DNA of 61,894 bases, filler included, from Choristocarpus tenellus KU-1152 (lineage: Eukaryota > Protista > Phaeophyceae): the NCBI GenBank assembly GCA_964200185.2. It is 8 parts of 8 records of this genome, joined end to end, with 100 filler letters (N's around TTAATTAATTAA, not from the genome) between each part and the next. Parts side by side here need not be neighbours in the genome. Positions count along the whole stretch, not along the records: positions 12,464 to 21,432 come from CAXNAD020004151.1; positions 21,533 to 25,010 come from CAXNAD020019767.1; positions 25,111 to 31,050 come from CAXNAD020009360.1; 5 more parts are not named here. One strand, written 5' to 3'. The position numbers were made by a program, and so were the translations under genes. Shown here piece by piece: positions 12,560-26,349 of the stretch; positions within the stretch are counted from its first letter, which is position 1, and every line of letters starts with the position of its first letter. The notes under the pieces were generated by a model. That model was not told the DNA's origin, made no database searches, and saw only the letters and a program-made list of their open reading frames with translations.

Positions 12560-14340
12560 AACATGTCTTGATACCCTTTGTATTATGACGGACAATGTCT
12601 ATCGTAAACGGGTTTTGACAGCTCCTTTCCTGCTGTAGCATCCCGCCCCTCTCCCCCCTACAAGGTGCGTAGCCAATTCATCGAGAAAACTTTCCGCTTG
12701 CTTACTGAGGCTCCCAAAACTTTCTACCATGAAGTTGTTGAGGGTGAAACTACGAGGGTCAAAGAACCCTCGAAATGAGTGCACTTTCGCGCCTCAGCTG
12801 CAGCAGCAACTACATCATCGCTGATGGATGAGTGTGGCAGATGGGAGGCTACTTGCGCTTCTGCAAATGTGACATCCAGGAGGAAGCTCTTATCCCAGTG
12901 GGGGTTGATTCGGCATCCACAAAGTGGCCCAGTATGGAAGACCATACTCACGCGGAAATTCCGGTCCACTGTGAATGGGCTACCATCCCCCATAGGCAAG
13001 GCATGCCCATTCCTTTGCAGAGTTGACTGTTGAAACCTGAATCGAATGCATTTTATATGTAAGCGAAATGAGTAGACTACGAGTGAAGAGGAACCATGGT
13101 GTTGTAAAGCACCGATGAGTAGAATACGTAGTCTGTAGTATGAGTAGATATTATTGTGATGCAAATCACTGATGTATTTGTTCTGTTGCAACTAAATTCA
13201 TTGATCTCTCAGTCAAGAATGATGTGATGTGAATTCAACGTTTTTCATGAGATGCTCAACGAAAGAAGTCCATGCTATGTGGAGAGGCTTGTTACCATGA
13301 TTGGCAAGGGTTTCAGTAGATGGTTTTAACTCTGTATGAATTACATCCAAGTGTGCATCAGGGGCACTATTGCAGAGCGAGCATGAGGCGCTCAGTGGAG
13401 CAATGACAACCAATGAAAAAATAATAACCAACAATTAACTTGCATCTGGTGTCTTATGCTTATATAAAAGACAGCAGACAACAACAAAGAGAATATAGGA
13501 ACAGAAGGTAACAGTGGAATGCACTTGGAACAGGTTCCGAAGTAACTTGGATGACGCGTGCTACGATGTTCCTGTGTGGGACGTGTATCAACTGAATATC
13601 AACTGAAGCTATACTTCTATCTACTGTCATCGATGTGATGATGAGTTGGGATGGGCAATAAATAAATGGACAATAACGACCAGTGCAGTGCTGCACCAAT
13701 CAACTGTCAGTGCAAGCTAGTAGTTTTTGTATCATATCAACAAGGAAGAAATGAGTAGCCTATGTTTTAACATTGACCTAGACGCTTCACCATTGGTGTG
13801 TGTTGGCGGACTTGCTCCCCTGCCCTAGGGAAGGTACGAGCATGCCTAGTGTCGATATTATGCCTCCTGCACCCAGCCACCGCGCACCTGTTGAATAGGG
13901 CCTCCTCACTGTCTAGGGATCTGCTGGCGCCAAGTGTATATTCCATGGGAGGGCTCTGTCGCGCTGGTTCCAGGGGTTGTGTGGAGGTCCATGCATTTGC
14001 TCCTTGTTCACACTGGCTCCAGTGGCGGACAAGGGCTGGCGAGGAACTTTCCTTTCCTTGTTTTGCATCATCAGGTAGGTCAGCCAATTGCGTCCGGAAA
14101 GAGTCGATATGGATCCTGTCCAGGAGGCAGGTGATCTCATGCTATGCCCCCTCCTTGTTATTCTGGCATCATGGGCTGCCAAGGTGTGGACCTCTGGGGC
14201 AGGTGTGGGGATTGATGTTCCCCCCCAGGCTATCCAGCCTTGGTCAATAATTCCCACCAAGCCTTCTGAAGGGACTCCAGTCGATAGGAGGGTGTGGATA
14301 AATGATCCCAGCGCTCTCACTGTCCAAATATCAAAACACT
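12560..14340 (-). mobile_element. Degenerate CRE-like non-LTR retrotransposon 3' region (CCHC finger plus restriction-like endonuclease), split by a ~0.73-kb insertion (~13035-13770)
   Basis: Minus-strand peptides C..RHNIDTRHARTFPRAGEQVRQH (zinc finger), PFTVDRNFRVSMV...LLDVTFAEAQ...AAEARK and VESFGSLSKQAESFLDELA (PD-(D/E)XK REL domain). Frameshifted. Confidence 0.75.
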
Positions 14341-16468
14341 ATGGAAGGCCCATGGAAGATCAGTTCCGTGTTAATATTACACTGTTAAACCTTTTAAAGG
14401 CATAAAACCTAACGTGCTCTACAATCGTTGGTGCTGAATCAACGCAATACTATATCGACTCTTGCAATTTGTCGCCACCTAGAATCTGGGATACCTTTCG
14501 ATGTAGTTTTAAAGATGTGTGAAAAAAGTGATCCTGTTTTTTCCTCACAGTCAGCCTAAACAAGAAGAATCGATGTTGCAACGCTTCACACGCGCAGTAG
14601 TAGGACATTTGGGTTTAACTGCCTCGATCAGCCCCAAAAACTTCATATCTCTCCTTTCCTCTTGTTGAACTTGATTGGTAGAACTTGAACTGTGCACTGG
14701 ACGAAGAAATAGAATTGGTGCTAATTTTGACTTTCGTAGGCATAGATGTAAAATCATGTATCAACCTCACTGTGCTACAGCCTCCATTCATTTTTATCCT
14801 CTCAAGGGCTTCAATGACATTGAACCTACGACAAACAACCCATCATGTCACAGGCATGATCGACCCTTGACACGTTGTGGTTGTGACCTTGGTGGGTTAG
14901 GGGACAGCCAGTGTGAATCATGTTAATCATCATTGCCTGTCTATCCCGAACCCATTACATATATGGGTGGTGGCATTTTGGTGACATACTCTTGTCTGGA
15001 TCATACCTGCTGCTGGATTGCTACAATTCCTTGATCGATATTAACTATAAATTTGATCATGGACTCCCCAAATTGTAACCACTGTCGTCATGCTCTAAAT
15101 TGTCACTCTTCCCAATTTTCTGTATACATCCTAGCCCCACACCTTGTTCACTATACAGATTGGGTGAATACCAAATCCTGGGACAAGCACTGTTTTCATT
15201 CCAGGAGACAAGTTCTGCTTCCCCACCTTTAACATGAGAGGTTTGTACACGAATGTACAGTTGGAGTCTGTTAAACATCGAGATGTCACTATTCCACTAG
15301 GGTAGAGAGTGGCAGCAACATCACAACGCTCTCTGCTAGAATTCTTTCTGACTCACCTGTAGGTCACATTACAGTGTGTCGAGTCCAGAGAGCCCAGACT
15401 CTTAGGATGAACAGAGATATACTAATGAAAGTAATCAAGAGAGTATCACCACATCAAGCGTAATTTATAATATAAGAACAGGGTTGCATTTTCCCGAACT
15501 ATTTAATCTCTTCAGGGAAAAATCAATTTCGAACTTGTACACAAAATCATACCCAACCCTCTCCCACACTAACAAGCTGAAAACGACAACTACACATCGT
15601 TCCACACCCAGAACAAGATCGCATGCGAGACATCTATGTTAACTGCAAGCACATGAGCGCATTGTGACGCAATACTCCAACAATGACTATTAGAATGTCG
15701 GTCAATTTGTTCATAAATCTTAACACTAACATAAAAAAGGATAGGCAACGCAATGCATTTATCACCCTAGCTCCGATGATATAATTAAGTACAAAAGGTG
15801 CTCATTCAAACACAGGGCAAACACAAAATACATGCCTGCTGCGTAATGATGAGGCATAAAATATAATCACCTGTCATAACATGGCATAAGCCATCTGCTC
15901 CCCAATGCACTCAACTTAATGGAAATCTTAGCATATGGTTCCGGCTTGAAGGCTCTTCGTATACTCTATCATACCTGCTCATTATCCTCCAAATTAGGTG
16001 ATAAAACGCACATGTTTGCGTTGGAAAACTAGGAACCTGCCATTCCAAAGTTCTCCCAGATTATGCAGTAAGACTTGCTATTCGATTCAAACTTTTCGTA
16101 GAGGGTACAACCGATACATCTAACAAGAAAGTCAACACGGCAATCCCAAATTTCAACTGCTCTAAAGAAATGCTAAGTATTGAACATCACGTTGAAATAT
16201 TCGATACTTTCTTTATCATGCCGTAGAGCCACAGACCCACAGACAAAAACCCCACTCATTCAGACCCTTCAAAAAACATAAACCATGTTCCCTTGCAATT
16301 CTTCTGCCCTCTCCTTTTGCTCAGTCGATTTCAGTATGAACCCCTAGAGTACTAATCCCAGGAGGGCTCGCTCTCATCTAGCAGAATAACTGATTGGGTA
16401 GGCTCTGATGAGGCTGCACAAGCTCAGCTACTCATGCCGTATTAGATCCTGCCCTTCTTCAGTTTATC

Positions 16469-19400
16469 TCAATCTTCTTGAGCCACTCTCGTCCTCCTTG
16501 CTGGCCAGCGAGTCTGAATAGCTCCACGGAGATCAAGATGCTGACTTTTCCATACGTCAGTGCTTTCAGAACAGTCAACGGCCTGAGCACCATGCGCCCA
16601 TGGCACTAGGGAGGCGTCCTCAATGCTTTCAGAATGATCAACTGCCTGATCATCATGCCCCCATGGCACCAGGGAGCCGTATTCCCTGATCATGGACACC
16701 CCTCTGTCCCCTGGGAAAAGGGGTTGGGACTTGGAAATGTAAGAGTCCCTCATATCCACACATGGCGAGGGCAAAGTGAGCTCCCCATCCCCGGACACAT
16801 TCCCGTCACCTCCTATACCTGCAGAGTGTGGTTTCCTACCACTCATGAACGGAACAAATGGCAACCCAGTACCTGGGTGGAAATTGGACTGGGACGGCTT
16901 GAATACAGAGCAGCAGGGGGGGGGGATCAGCAATCCAGCACGACCAGGGAGACTAAGAGACAAGCTGCTAATGGATGGTTCGTGGTGGTCCAGATGCGCA
17001 AGGTGCTGATTTTGGCACTGGTGACGTGGTGATTGCAGAGTGGAGAGTGCGTGCTTGATCATGTCCTTTGGCGGTTTGTCATTGAGACCAATATCCAGAG
17101 TGCTTGGCAAATGAGAAGATGTTTGCCACTGTGACATCATTTCCTGGCCTCCTTCATTATCCTCTCCCATTCCCAGATTTTGCTTCGAAAAAGGCGGGTC
17201 AGGCGTGGTAACCAGACCATTTACATTGCCCTCTCCGCAACTCAAGTATATCTGATCCCATGCATTTTGCTTCTCTTCTTCCAAGTCACCTTTCCAAGGC
17301 GTGACAAGTTCCTCCCCCTCCAACCTCCCCTCAGGAAATTTGATGTCCCTCTCCTTACTAAATGTCTCTGAAGCAAACACCTGCCTCAACTGTTCATTGT
17401 TTAGTGACAAACCACAATCTTCCCGATCCATGCCCTCCACACTATGACCGGCCTCCCTGTATTCCCAAACATCACTTACCCCCTTGCCATGCGAGGTACC
17501 ACTATCTCTCCCCATTCCAATGGCCGTTATGTCCAACCGTTTGCCCCTGGTCTCAATTGCGATCGCCTTATTTCCAACACCACTACTGTTTCTAATGCGC
17601 TTCCCACATGAGGTGCTTCCATCCTTGACATTGTTGCATGCCCCACTGGGAAGTTGGCTTGATGTCAGCCCTGATTCCTTTTTCCTCTCCTCCATTTCAC
17701 CCAATGATAGGATCAGCTTCACAAATCCATGGCATACTGGGCTCTTGCACATGCTTACATCAGGGATCAACTCATCAAAAGTAGGCAGCTTGTCACACCT
17801 TGCAACAGTGTGGATGAGTTCATACTCTTCATGCTTACCATGTGCTTTGAGAGTGCCGAGGGCAATATGCAAAGCATGGGGCTGGAACTGTTTTTTCAAA
17901 CCAGAAAGCAAAGCAAGAAGCAAAAAAGGCGAGGATCAGCTGAACGTCAACAATGGCAGCAAGGGAACTAGTGGCTAATCACAGACAAAGAGGGACGCGA
18001 GCATTTAAAGAACAGGACAAGCAGATCTCAGTTTAAGAACAGCACAACCAATGCATTGGGTATTTCGGTTATCATCAATTCAAACAACTTGAAATTTCTT
18101 CTCCACAACGTACGTATTGTGTACCTTACCCCACAGACAAAACATCCAAGAGAACCTAGAAGACGGAGTGCATGATAAACATAAATTGAACCCACCTTCA
18201 CGGACAAGTTCTACATGCCTTCATATTTTTCAGCAATACCCTATGCACTGTTCCAAGCTATAAGAGCCACACCAATATCACAATGTTTTGCGATCAATTG
18301 CTCGAGATGATAAAATGATTGGCAGTAAAGTTAACTCAAATACAGATATGCTATGCGATACATCGAACAGAAGCTCAAAAAAAGCTAATATTGGGCTGGG
18401 TGTGCCCCCAATCCACCTGGTTACAAATGGTCACAACCTTTGGTAGTCTAGCTGCAAGGATATTGCGACTTCTTTGCCATACAATATTCAACCTAGGCAC
18501 ACTCAGCAAGGGTAACAACACTATACTGATGAAGGTGCATTACTCCTCCTTGATAACATATTCTTCATGTCCCGCAAGTTGGTGATAAGCAAGGTTTCTG
18601 ATGCAGAGATTGTGCAGCTGTGGATCAGAAAAAGATGATAATTCAAAGTAGTAGCTATTGCTATATGCCAAGCCGTGGATATTGGTAACTAATAATATAG
18701 TGCTTCTCTCTCCTTCTCCCTTCGAGGATAATTGAAAATAATCGAAAAAACCTGTACACATTTTTTTGTCTCACAGGGTTCTACCCAGAAAGTATTGAAA
18801 AGATCTTGCAGCCCACTTTCATCGGAATCTGGTTAATATTCCGGCATCGGAGTTCCATATTACCATCACCACAGAATTTTTAATGAATTGGACGGTCTAT
18901 GGAGGCACCTTCCAGGGTCAGGGTTAGTGTTTGGGCTAGGTCTAGTCACCTCCAGAGTCAATCCGATTCATCAATATATCTAGATGCAAGAGGGTAATAA
19001 GCAACTCCGATGTCAGAAGTATTGACGGCTCCCTGTGGTCGTGTGAGAGCATGACAAAGGCCGTACACAGTTGGGGAGCCAGAAAGGGCAAATATATCTT
19101 CACGCAAGTAAAAAGTGGATGAAAGAACGCAATAGTGGTAAGCACACCCAGAACACGTTACTTGAGTAACAAATTAAACTACCCTTCACTTCAAAACATC
19201 CCAAGATCAAATTCAAGCACTCTAGTACATAGTATAGTCACACAGCAACCAAACAGGCAAAAAAACGACTGAGCCCAAACCATATGTCGCTACATGATTC
19301 AACGAGGAAGAAAAGATACATTTGAAACAACCAGACTAGGATCCACAGGGAATAATAAAACAAGGGTAGAGCAAATGTTGTCTATCTTACCAAGGTCACT

Positions 19401-20883
19401 CCAGGGCACTTCCTGATAGCTGCAACCATATCTTGCGCCACAAGCAGCATATCATCAAACTTCTTCAGTAAGGTTAGCAGTCCCATGAATGTTCCCCCTA
19501 AAAGGTAATCAGACAAGGAGCTCCGGCGATCCTCCCCCCCCAGCGGACTCTGATATACAAGCTGCTTCATCCTAACCATCACAAGTGCGCGCATCTCCAT
19601 TAGACCACTTCCCAGGACAGGGGGATCCTTCCCCGGTGACCAACCACTGAGCCCAAGCTCCTCGAACATGCTTATTGACATCCGTACTGGCACAGCATTC
19701 TGAAAGCAGCGTCCTTTGATGGCCTTGATACCCCCACCCGCAGTACTACCCTTTATAAAAGAAGAACGGGGTACAATAGGGGTCACCATATTGACCTTGG
19801 ATCCCGTTACTGCACCAGTTACTCCGTCAGCTGTCATTCGGTGCTTCAATACTTCCTCGAGATATGCTATTCCTTGTGACTGCTCGAGCTGCCCACTATT
19901 CTTGCACATCAGCTGTGTTAGACACTTTGTTGCAAGTTCTTTGCGCGTGGCGTAGCTTTCTCCAGGTACACAGGAATTGTTGACCAAGAGGACCATAGCA
20001 AGTAGGAAATGAGCACTAAACACAATCTCACTTACTAGTTCATCGCAGAACCCCATAGAGGTCAGAGCCACACCCAGGTAAGGTTGAATCTTCTCAGTGG
20101 AGGCCCCCAGCATAAGACCGCCTAAGGCCATGCCGGAAAACAAGGTGCTTACGATGGCATAGTCCTGTGGCGAGCCCATGGTCAGATCCTGGTCGCGGCT
20201 GCGAGTATTTCGCCGTTTTGAGGAATCACCGAGAATCCTCTCTCCTAAAGCAAAGCGGTTACTTCTCCCCCCATTAACGATCTCTTCACCCACACTCCCG
20301 GTCATAATGGCGATCAGCCCGGCTCTAATTCTTCGATCATCTGTAATGGAGTAGAAGGGGGTAAAATCATCCAAAAAACAGTTCAAGTACCTGTCCTCTA
20401 TCATTCCAGGCAGACCCGTTGCTGGTGAGGGTGATAAAGTCACCCGTTTCAAAGATTCCTTGCTGGTAGGATCGGGTTGCTGCTTCGAGGCTGTTCGTTT
20501 CTTCGTTGACCGAATCAGTTTCGGTCTCCCTAAGGTTCGGCACATGGAGTACAGACAGGTAGCCTTCGCTTTTGTGCATCGTTCACATGGCTCATCCCCA
20601 CTGCACTTCTCCTTTTTAAATGAGCAACGATTGCAGCTCCTTCGCCGCCCACCTGAGCAGGCCTACCAAGACACATGGGTAGAGGGTAAAGGACCAAGTG
20701 GGAAGGGGGAGTGGATTCTCATATCCAAAATGAATCGAGCCAGTAATGTTCTGGCATCAATCTTTACCTCAATTTGGCATGATGAATTCATACCTTATTG
20801 AATGGACTCTTCTTCACCTCTGTCTCAACCTCTCGTAGTCGGGCACTGCAGAATTCTGCTGAATACAGTTTTGACGTCTCCAT
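16469..20883 (-). CDS. Zn(II)2Cys6 (GAL4-type) binuclear-cluster transcription factor, ~926 aa. Exons 20883-20794, 20662-19391, 17887-16469
   Basis: CNRC-SFKKEK-C-SGDEP-CERC-TKAKAT-C at 20635-20555 fits C-X2-C-X6-C-X5-C-X2-C-X6-C, followed by a basic LGRPK..KKR linker. Three phase-0 exons with canonical GT/AG sites, ATG at 20883 and stop at 16469. Confidence 0.9.
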
Positions 20884-21532
20884 GTCATAGGTTAGAGAAT
20901 CGTAAGGAGTCTTTATGTATATATGGTATGGGACGTTGGAGAGATGGGTTGTGTGCTGATTATGTAGTGGCGGAGAAATTGGAACAAAGATGTGTGTAGT
21001 AGTAATAGTAATACTTCAATTGAAATATTTCCATTGTTATTTTCCTCTGCAATTGAGATTGGAAAATGAATGCCAACAGAGAATCATTATATTTTCTTGT
21101 GTTATTGAGGAGTCATGAGCATCTCATCTTCAAAGAAGGGTCTCATGCCTATAAGTCAGGACGTGAGAACAAAGTGGATCTTCCATGTGTGACAACTCTG
21201 AATGACGATGTGGGATTGGTCTCGTGAAGAGATCCCATGGTTTCCTTCTGACAGAAGGTCCGCCAGTGGAATCATGGATGCTTGATAAGGAACCTCAGTC
21301 GATACAACGGTACAACGGTATATGGCAACAACAGACAAACATGCTTTCCACACACACACACACACCCCTTCTGATCGGCCTTGAAGCCATGTAAACATGG
21401 GGTCAAAGTATCTGGGGGGGGGGGGTAACCAGNNNNNNNNNNNNNNNNNNNNNNNNNNNNNNNNNNNNNNNNNNNNTTAATTAATTAANNNNNNNNNNNN
21501 NNNNNNNNNNNNNNNNNNNNNNNNNNNNNNNN

Positions 21533-24096
21533 GAAGGGGAGGGTAGTAATAAGTACACTCTCAAAGAAGGGAGGGGTGTTGGTCAAGCCTCCCACAGACA
21601 GGGCAAAGGAAGGGGAAGAAGACTTTGAGGAGGGTGGTGGTTGTGTGGTTGATGATGATGCAACCTCCACAGAGGATGAGGAGCCAAGGCATATAAAATT
21701 GGTCAGCAAGGGGAAGGGCAAGGAAAGGATGGAGGTCGCAACACATTGTGCAGAGGAGAAGAGAAGGTTAGCAATGAGTACATTCTCAAAGAAGGGAGGG
21801 GGCTCGGTCAAGCCTCCCATGGATGTAGACAGGGAAGAGGGGGCACAAGACAAGTCTACTTCACAGGAACAGCAGGTAGGTGTAAGCTGTGAAGGTGTCC
21901 AAATCACATAGTAGATATTTACCACACCATCCACTTCCGCTTTGCCTCACAATGACCTATCCGACTGACATTCATATAAATGCCTACGTCTTTCATTTCT
22001 GTCCCCACACAAAACTCAGACACACATTTTGCGTATGGCGAGTGTCGATAACTTTTCCCATGCTGCCATGGTCCAAGCTCTGGACAAGTTTAGGGACGAG
22101 CTTCCCAATCATATTCAAGAAAAAGATAAGGTGTGACTGTAATAGCCCTAGTCCTACAGCCCATCCCATCCCATCCCATGCCATGCCATCCATCCACCAC
22201 CACAGAAAAAAGTAGTTGCTGTTGTGAAAATTTCTTGTCTGCTTCTGTAATACAAGCACAAAATGTGTAAAAGTTCAACCTCGTCTTCAAGTATGATTAG
22301 TTGCCTTGTGTGTAGTGGTAGGCGAGACAAAAATATATAATATTTTCTGTCCTTGGGGGCTGTGCTTCTTGCTGGTGAACAACCCATGGCAACCACAGTA
22401 TTTTTAATGGAGGGCGATCCATCCACTCCTGTGGCCTTCCACTTTTCACAAAACGTTCTCCCAGCAAAATACATTGCATGTCAACCTACCGCTTACCCTG
22501 TCCTGCGCCACCCCCAACACCCCAATGTCAGACTCCAGCCACGCAGATAGGAACTGTCATCTTCCATGCAGCACAGCAGGAGAGTAGCATTTGTTCCACC
22601 ATCAATACCCTACTTGATGGGGGTAGACTGAGGGATGATTACATTGTTATGGTCTGGAAAAATTCAAGACTGCCTTCCCCTGAACTTCAAGGCATTCTAG
22701 GTGTACTTGATGTGAGCACTATATATACAGGCATCGCATTCCCTTAACAAAGTTTAGTCCGGTGTACTTTGTTTCACTCAGAATGAAACAAACCATTCTA
22801 GGTGTACTTGATGTGAGCACTATATATACAGGCATCGCATTCCCTTAACAAAGTTTAGTCCGATGTACTTTGTTTCACTCAGAATGAAACAAATCATTTC
22901 TATTGTTGTATATCGCCGGCATGGCATTCGCGAAAATGTACAATGTCCTGTCCGCTAAAATTTTCAGCAACTGCATGCAGAATATATTGTGTTGTGTTTC
23001 CAAATCGTGTGTGAAAGGAGCAAGTACACATGCAATGCCCTAGGTGAATGAATTCCTATCCGCCTCCACTCGTGGTTCTTCCACCCTGCCTGCTGCCTTC
23101 CAACACCGCTCCTTACTAACTAACATCAACCCACTCACAATGCTCAGGAGATACTGAGCGACCGTAATTGCTTTACCCTCCACACCTTCCTGAGGTCTCC
23201 TCCTCCTCCTGAAGGAACACATGACGACCCAGTACCCATTATTGGGAATGCTGAAACGTTTCTTTCCTCTGAAATAATACCGGTTCAGGTCTATGTCTTC
23301 TGTGGGGACACTTTCAAGGTAAGGTCTATGCTAGCTTCCAAAAAAATCAAACTATGTTTGAGTGTCGCTGCGCATGTTTGACCCGATCGAGACAAGAGTG
23401 CACACATCCCAACTATGCATCATGATGGCGCACTAACACTGACAGTTTCTACGAACACTAACCCTCTACCTATACACTCCGCATCCTCTCCTTCCCACTT
23501 TCTCATTTCTCAATGCACAGATGAATCAGGACGACCCGAGAGACCCTTCCAAGGAAAGCATCTCTAGAGACTTCCCCCACTTGTGGAAAAGCCCCAAGTT
23601 CATCCCCTTGGACTTGGAGACCAGGTGGAAGAAGAACACCGATAGATCCAACACAGCACTCGGGATCCTCAAAATATTGTACACAGAGTCCGAACATGGC
23701 ACCGAGCCAGCCTTCGCCCGTGCGCCTTCAATTCCTGTCCCTCTTCATGCCATCCCAGGAACAGCATTCATGCAGAGTTTAATCCTGCGCTTCGCCGTCC
23801 CTGACGGAGTGGTTCTTGTCACGCATGATTTCGCCTTTGTGGCATGCACGGCAGCGATACAGGTGGGCATATCTTGCATTTCCCACCTTGGGGTCACAAG
23901 CTCTCCCTCCGCCCTAGAAATTAGGACTAAGCTAAGGGATACCCTCTTCAGCACCGTCCAGTTCTCTGCGATGAGTCCCGAGGGCTGCATTGTCCACGTC
24001 GTCCCCAATGAAGAGGACAGCGGCCGAAAGAAACGCAAACGTCCTACCTCTGGAAACAGCATTAAGAGACATCGCCCCGATCTGTTTCTTCTGTAA
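21533..24096 (+). CDS. Multi-exon gene of unknown function, possibly a degenerate N6/N4 DNA-methyltransferase fold. Exons <21533-21875, 22020-22130, 22547-~22690, 23148-23318, 23521-24096
   Basis: AG/GT-bounded open exons, phase 0 except an unclear donor after 22690. Acidic/basic repetitive N-terminus, C-terminal FMQSLILRFAVPDGVVLV...AAIQVGISCIS and an NLS-like RKKRKRP. Confidence 0.5.
22693..22895. repeat. Near-perfect 101-bp tandem duplication
   Basis: cattctaggtgtacttgatg...gaatgaaacaaa starts at both 22693 and 22794. Confidence 0.95.
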
Positions 24097-26349
24097 CCCA
24101 TGTGAGTGCGCCACGCGTCCTCTTCTATGCCCATTGCCCTTCTATTTTGTGACACTACTTTCTACTTGCAATGGTACTGCGGTGCTGCGTTCGTATGCAG
24201 GACCTCTCTATATCCCTGTCTTTTAATAGCGACACTCATTGCAGTGACCTTCGGCTTTCAACAAATGATTCCCTCTCTCTCTTCACTCCTGTCCTCGCCC
24301 AGATACCTTCACCTGCCTGCCTGCCACTGTAAAGCATTCCTCCAGACACTGGGTTCGATGAGGCTCTGGTACACACATTGCATCTGTGCACTACAACGTC
24401 GACATATTTTTTTGGCTTTTTTTTTCAAGCATATGCACATCTAAGGACTGTTCATAAATGTTCATTGTGGTGTATGTATCCTTCCGCAAGTGGAGATATT
24501 CTCTGCCTCATTGCGCCCAATACTGAGTACTCTTCCATTGAGGGGAACTACAAGTGCATGTTCCACAGCATGCATAGAGATGGGGAGGGCGTCTCATCCT
24601 CTGATTTCAGATATTTAGTCAATGGCGTGTTGAGTCCAGAATTCAAAGTACCATGTCGCACAGTATGTATCACACGCTTGTTGAGTAGTTTAGTTGTACC
24701 AAATTTTGCTGTTGGGGTCAGAGGTCTAAACACTGCTGCAGTCTTATGTCTGGTATTGCTTAAGGACCATGACCAAAGTTTACTTCTCCCACGGGATTGT
24801 GAGTTGATTGTTCACTCCGCTGACAGGAACTTCTAGTATGTATCATTTCATTGGGTGTCCATATTGCAGTAGGGAGGATAGAGGAGATTAGGGGGTTCAC
24901 ATTTCGGGCATGTCTCTCAATATCATACTCTGTATCGATTTCTTGGATTAATGGGGGTTGCATTATAGAGGAGGGGGGGGTTGACATAGACTTCATTTGG
25001 GCTAGGTACTNNNNNNNNNNNNNNNNNNNNNNNNNNNNNNNNNNNNNNNNNNNNTTAATTAATTAANNNNNNNNNNNNNNNNNNNNNNNNNNNNNNNNNN
25101 NNNNNNNNNNTGAGGAGGGGGGGAGGGGGGGGAAGGGGGGGAGGGGGGGAGGGGGGGGGGGGGGGAAAAGGGGGGGGGGGAGGGGGTACCGAATGGTGAG
25201 TGGTAGCAAGTTGAAGGAACAGAGACGCCTGATTGGTTTTGCCTCAAATTTGCATTCGGTGACCGACCTCCACGGACAAGGGGGACAGTCGCCCCCAACA
25301 CATTATCAACTTTCACAAACCACACAACACAGAACAATAAATAAATAATCATTTCTATACATATATAGATGTGGAGTAATGCAGTACAACGTTGATTGTG
25401 GAGGTCTGCTCCGTGAGCAACACACTCCTATGCACATACCTCTACTAAAAAAAATATGTATTACGTGGACAAAGAGATAAACAAGTGTTCAAAAAAACTC
25501 AAAAACAGAAGGAAAATGAATACTGGTGGAATGCTTTCGATGGCGTAATTCATTTTTGTGAGAAACCTTTGATACAATTAGGATATACCTTACAACAGCA
25601 TTTAACTTCACAACCATCACGCAATCTCACAAACCAATACATAATACAAAGTCTTCAGAAAGAAGACATCTCCCATCATAGTTGACTGGTCGCAAAACAA
25701 ATGGTCTTATCTACTTCACTGACTGTAGCGACAATACACTTCCTAAGCACCCCTAGGCACCCTGCAATTTTTGCTACCATGACCTATTGTTGTTTCTCTT
25801 CCCTTTGAGAACTTAAATCCAACACATTTCTCACTAAATGCTACTGCACTGTAGACGTCTTCCTAAAATCGCAAAAAGCCTGAACACATAAACAATAAGC
25901 ACACACTGTCTACACTACATTGTCTTTCCCTCTCTCCAAGTTGAAAAACACCAAGACCTATTTCTGGGGCACTATGGCATTGTACCATTGTAGGAGACCT
26001 TTGCAGGGCCATGGCAAATTTCGTTCACACAACTTGAAGTTTCACAAAGACTGTTCCATTGGTCTAGGATTTCCAAGTACTACTCACTGATCAATGCCAC
26101 TTAGTGATAGTAATAGCAAGAACATTGACTATCGGTTCATAGGTATCTTCATATGTATCTTCAGAAGAATCCATAAATTTCCATTTAAAAAAATAAAAGA
26201 ACAGAGGGTTTCAAGAACTGTACAATTATTTTTGGTGTTCATATTCACCCATCAGATCACTCTCTGCAGTTCCCCCACATTATCAGCTATTACCCTTAGA
26301 GAAAAATGTTAAAAAAAATACTCTGGTGGTAGTAATCAGTGCTTCTTAC

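Noticed and set aside
24378-24836. 152-aa ORF as a separate gene
   Set aside because: Non-ATG start, no recognisable motif and no clear exon boundaries.
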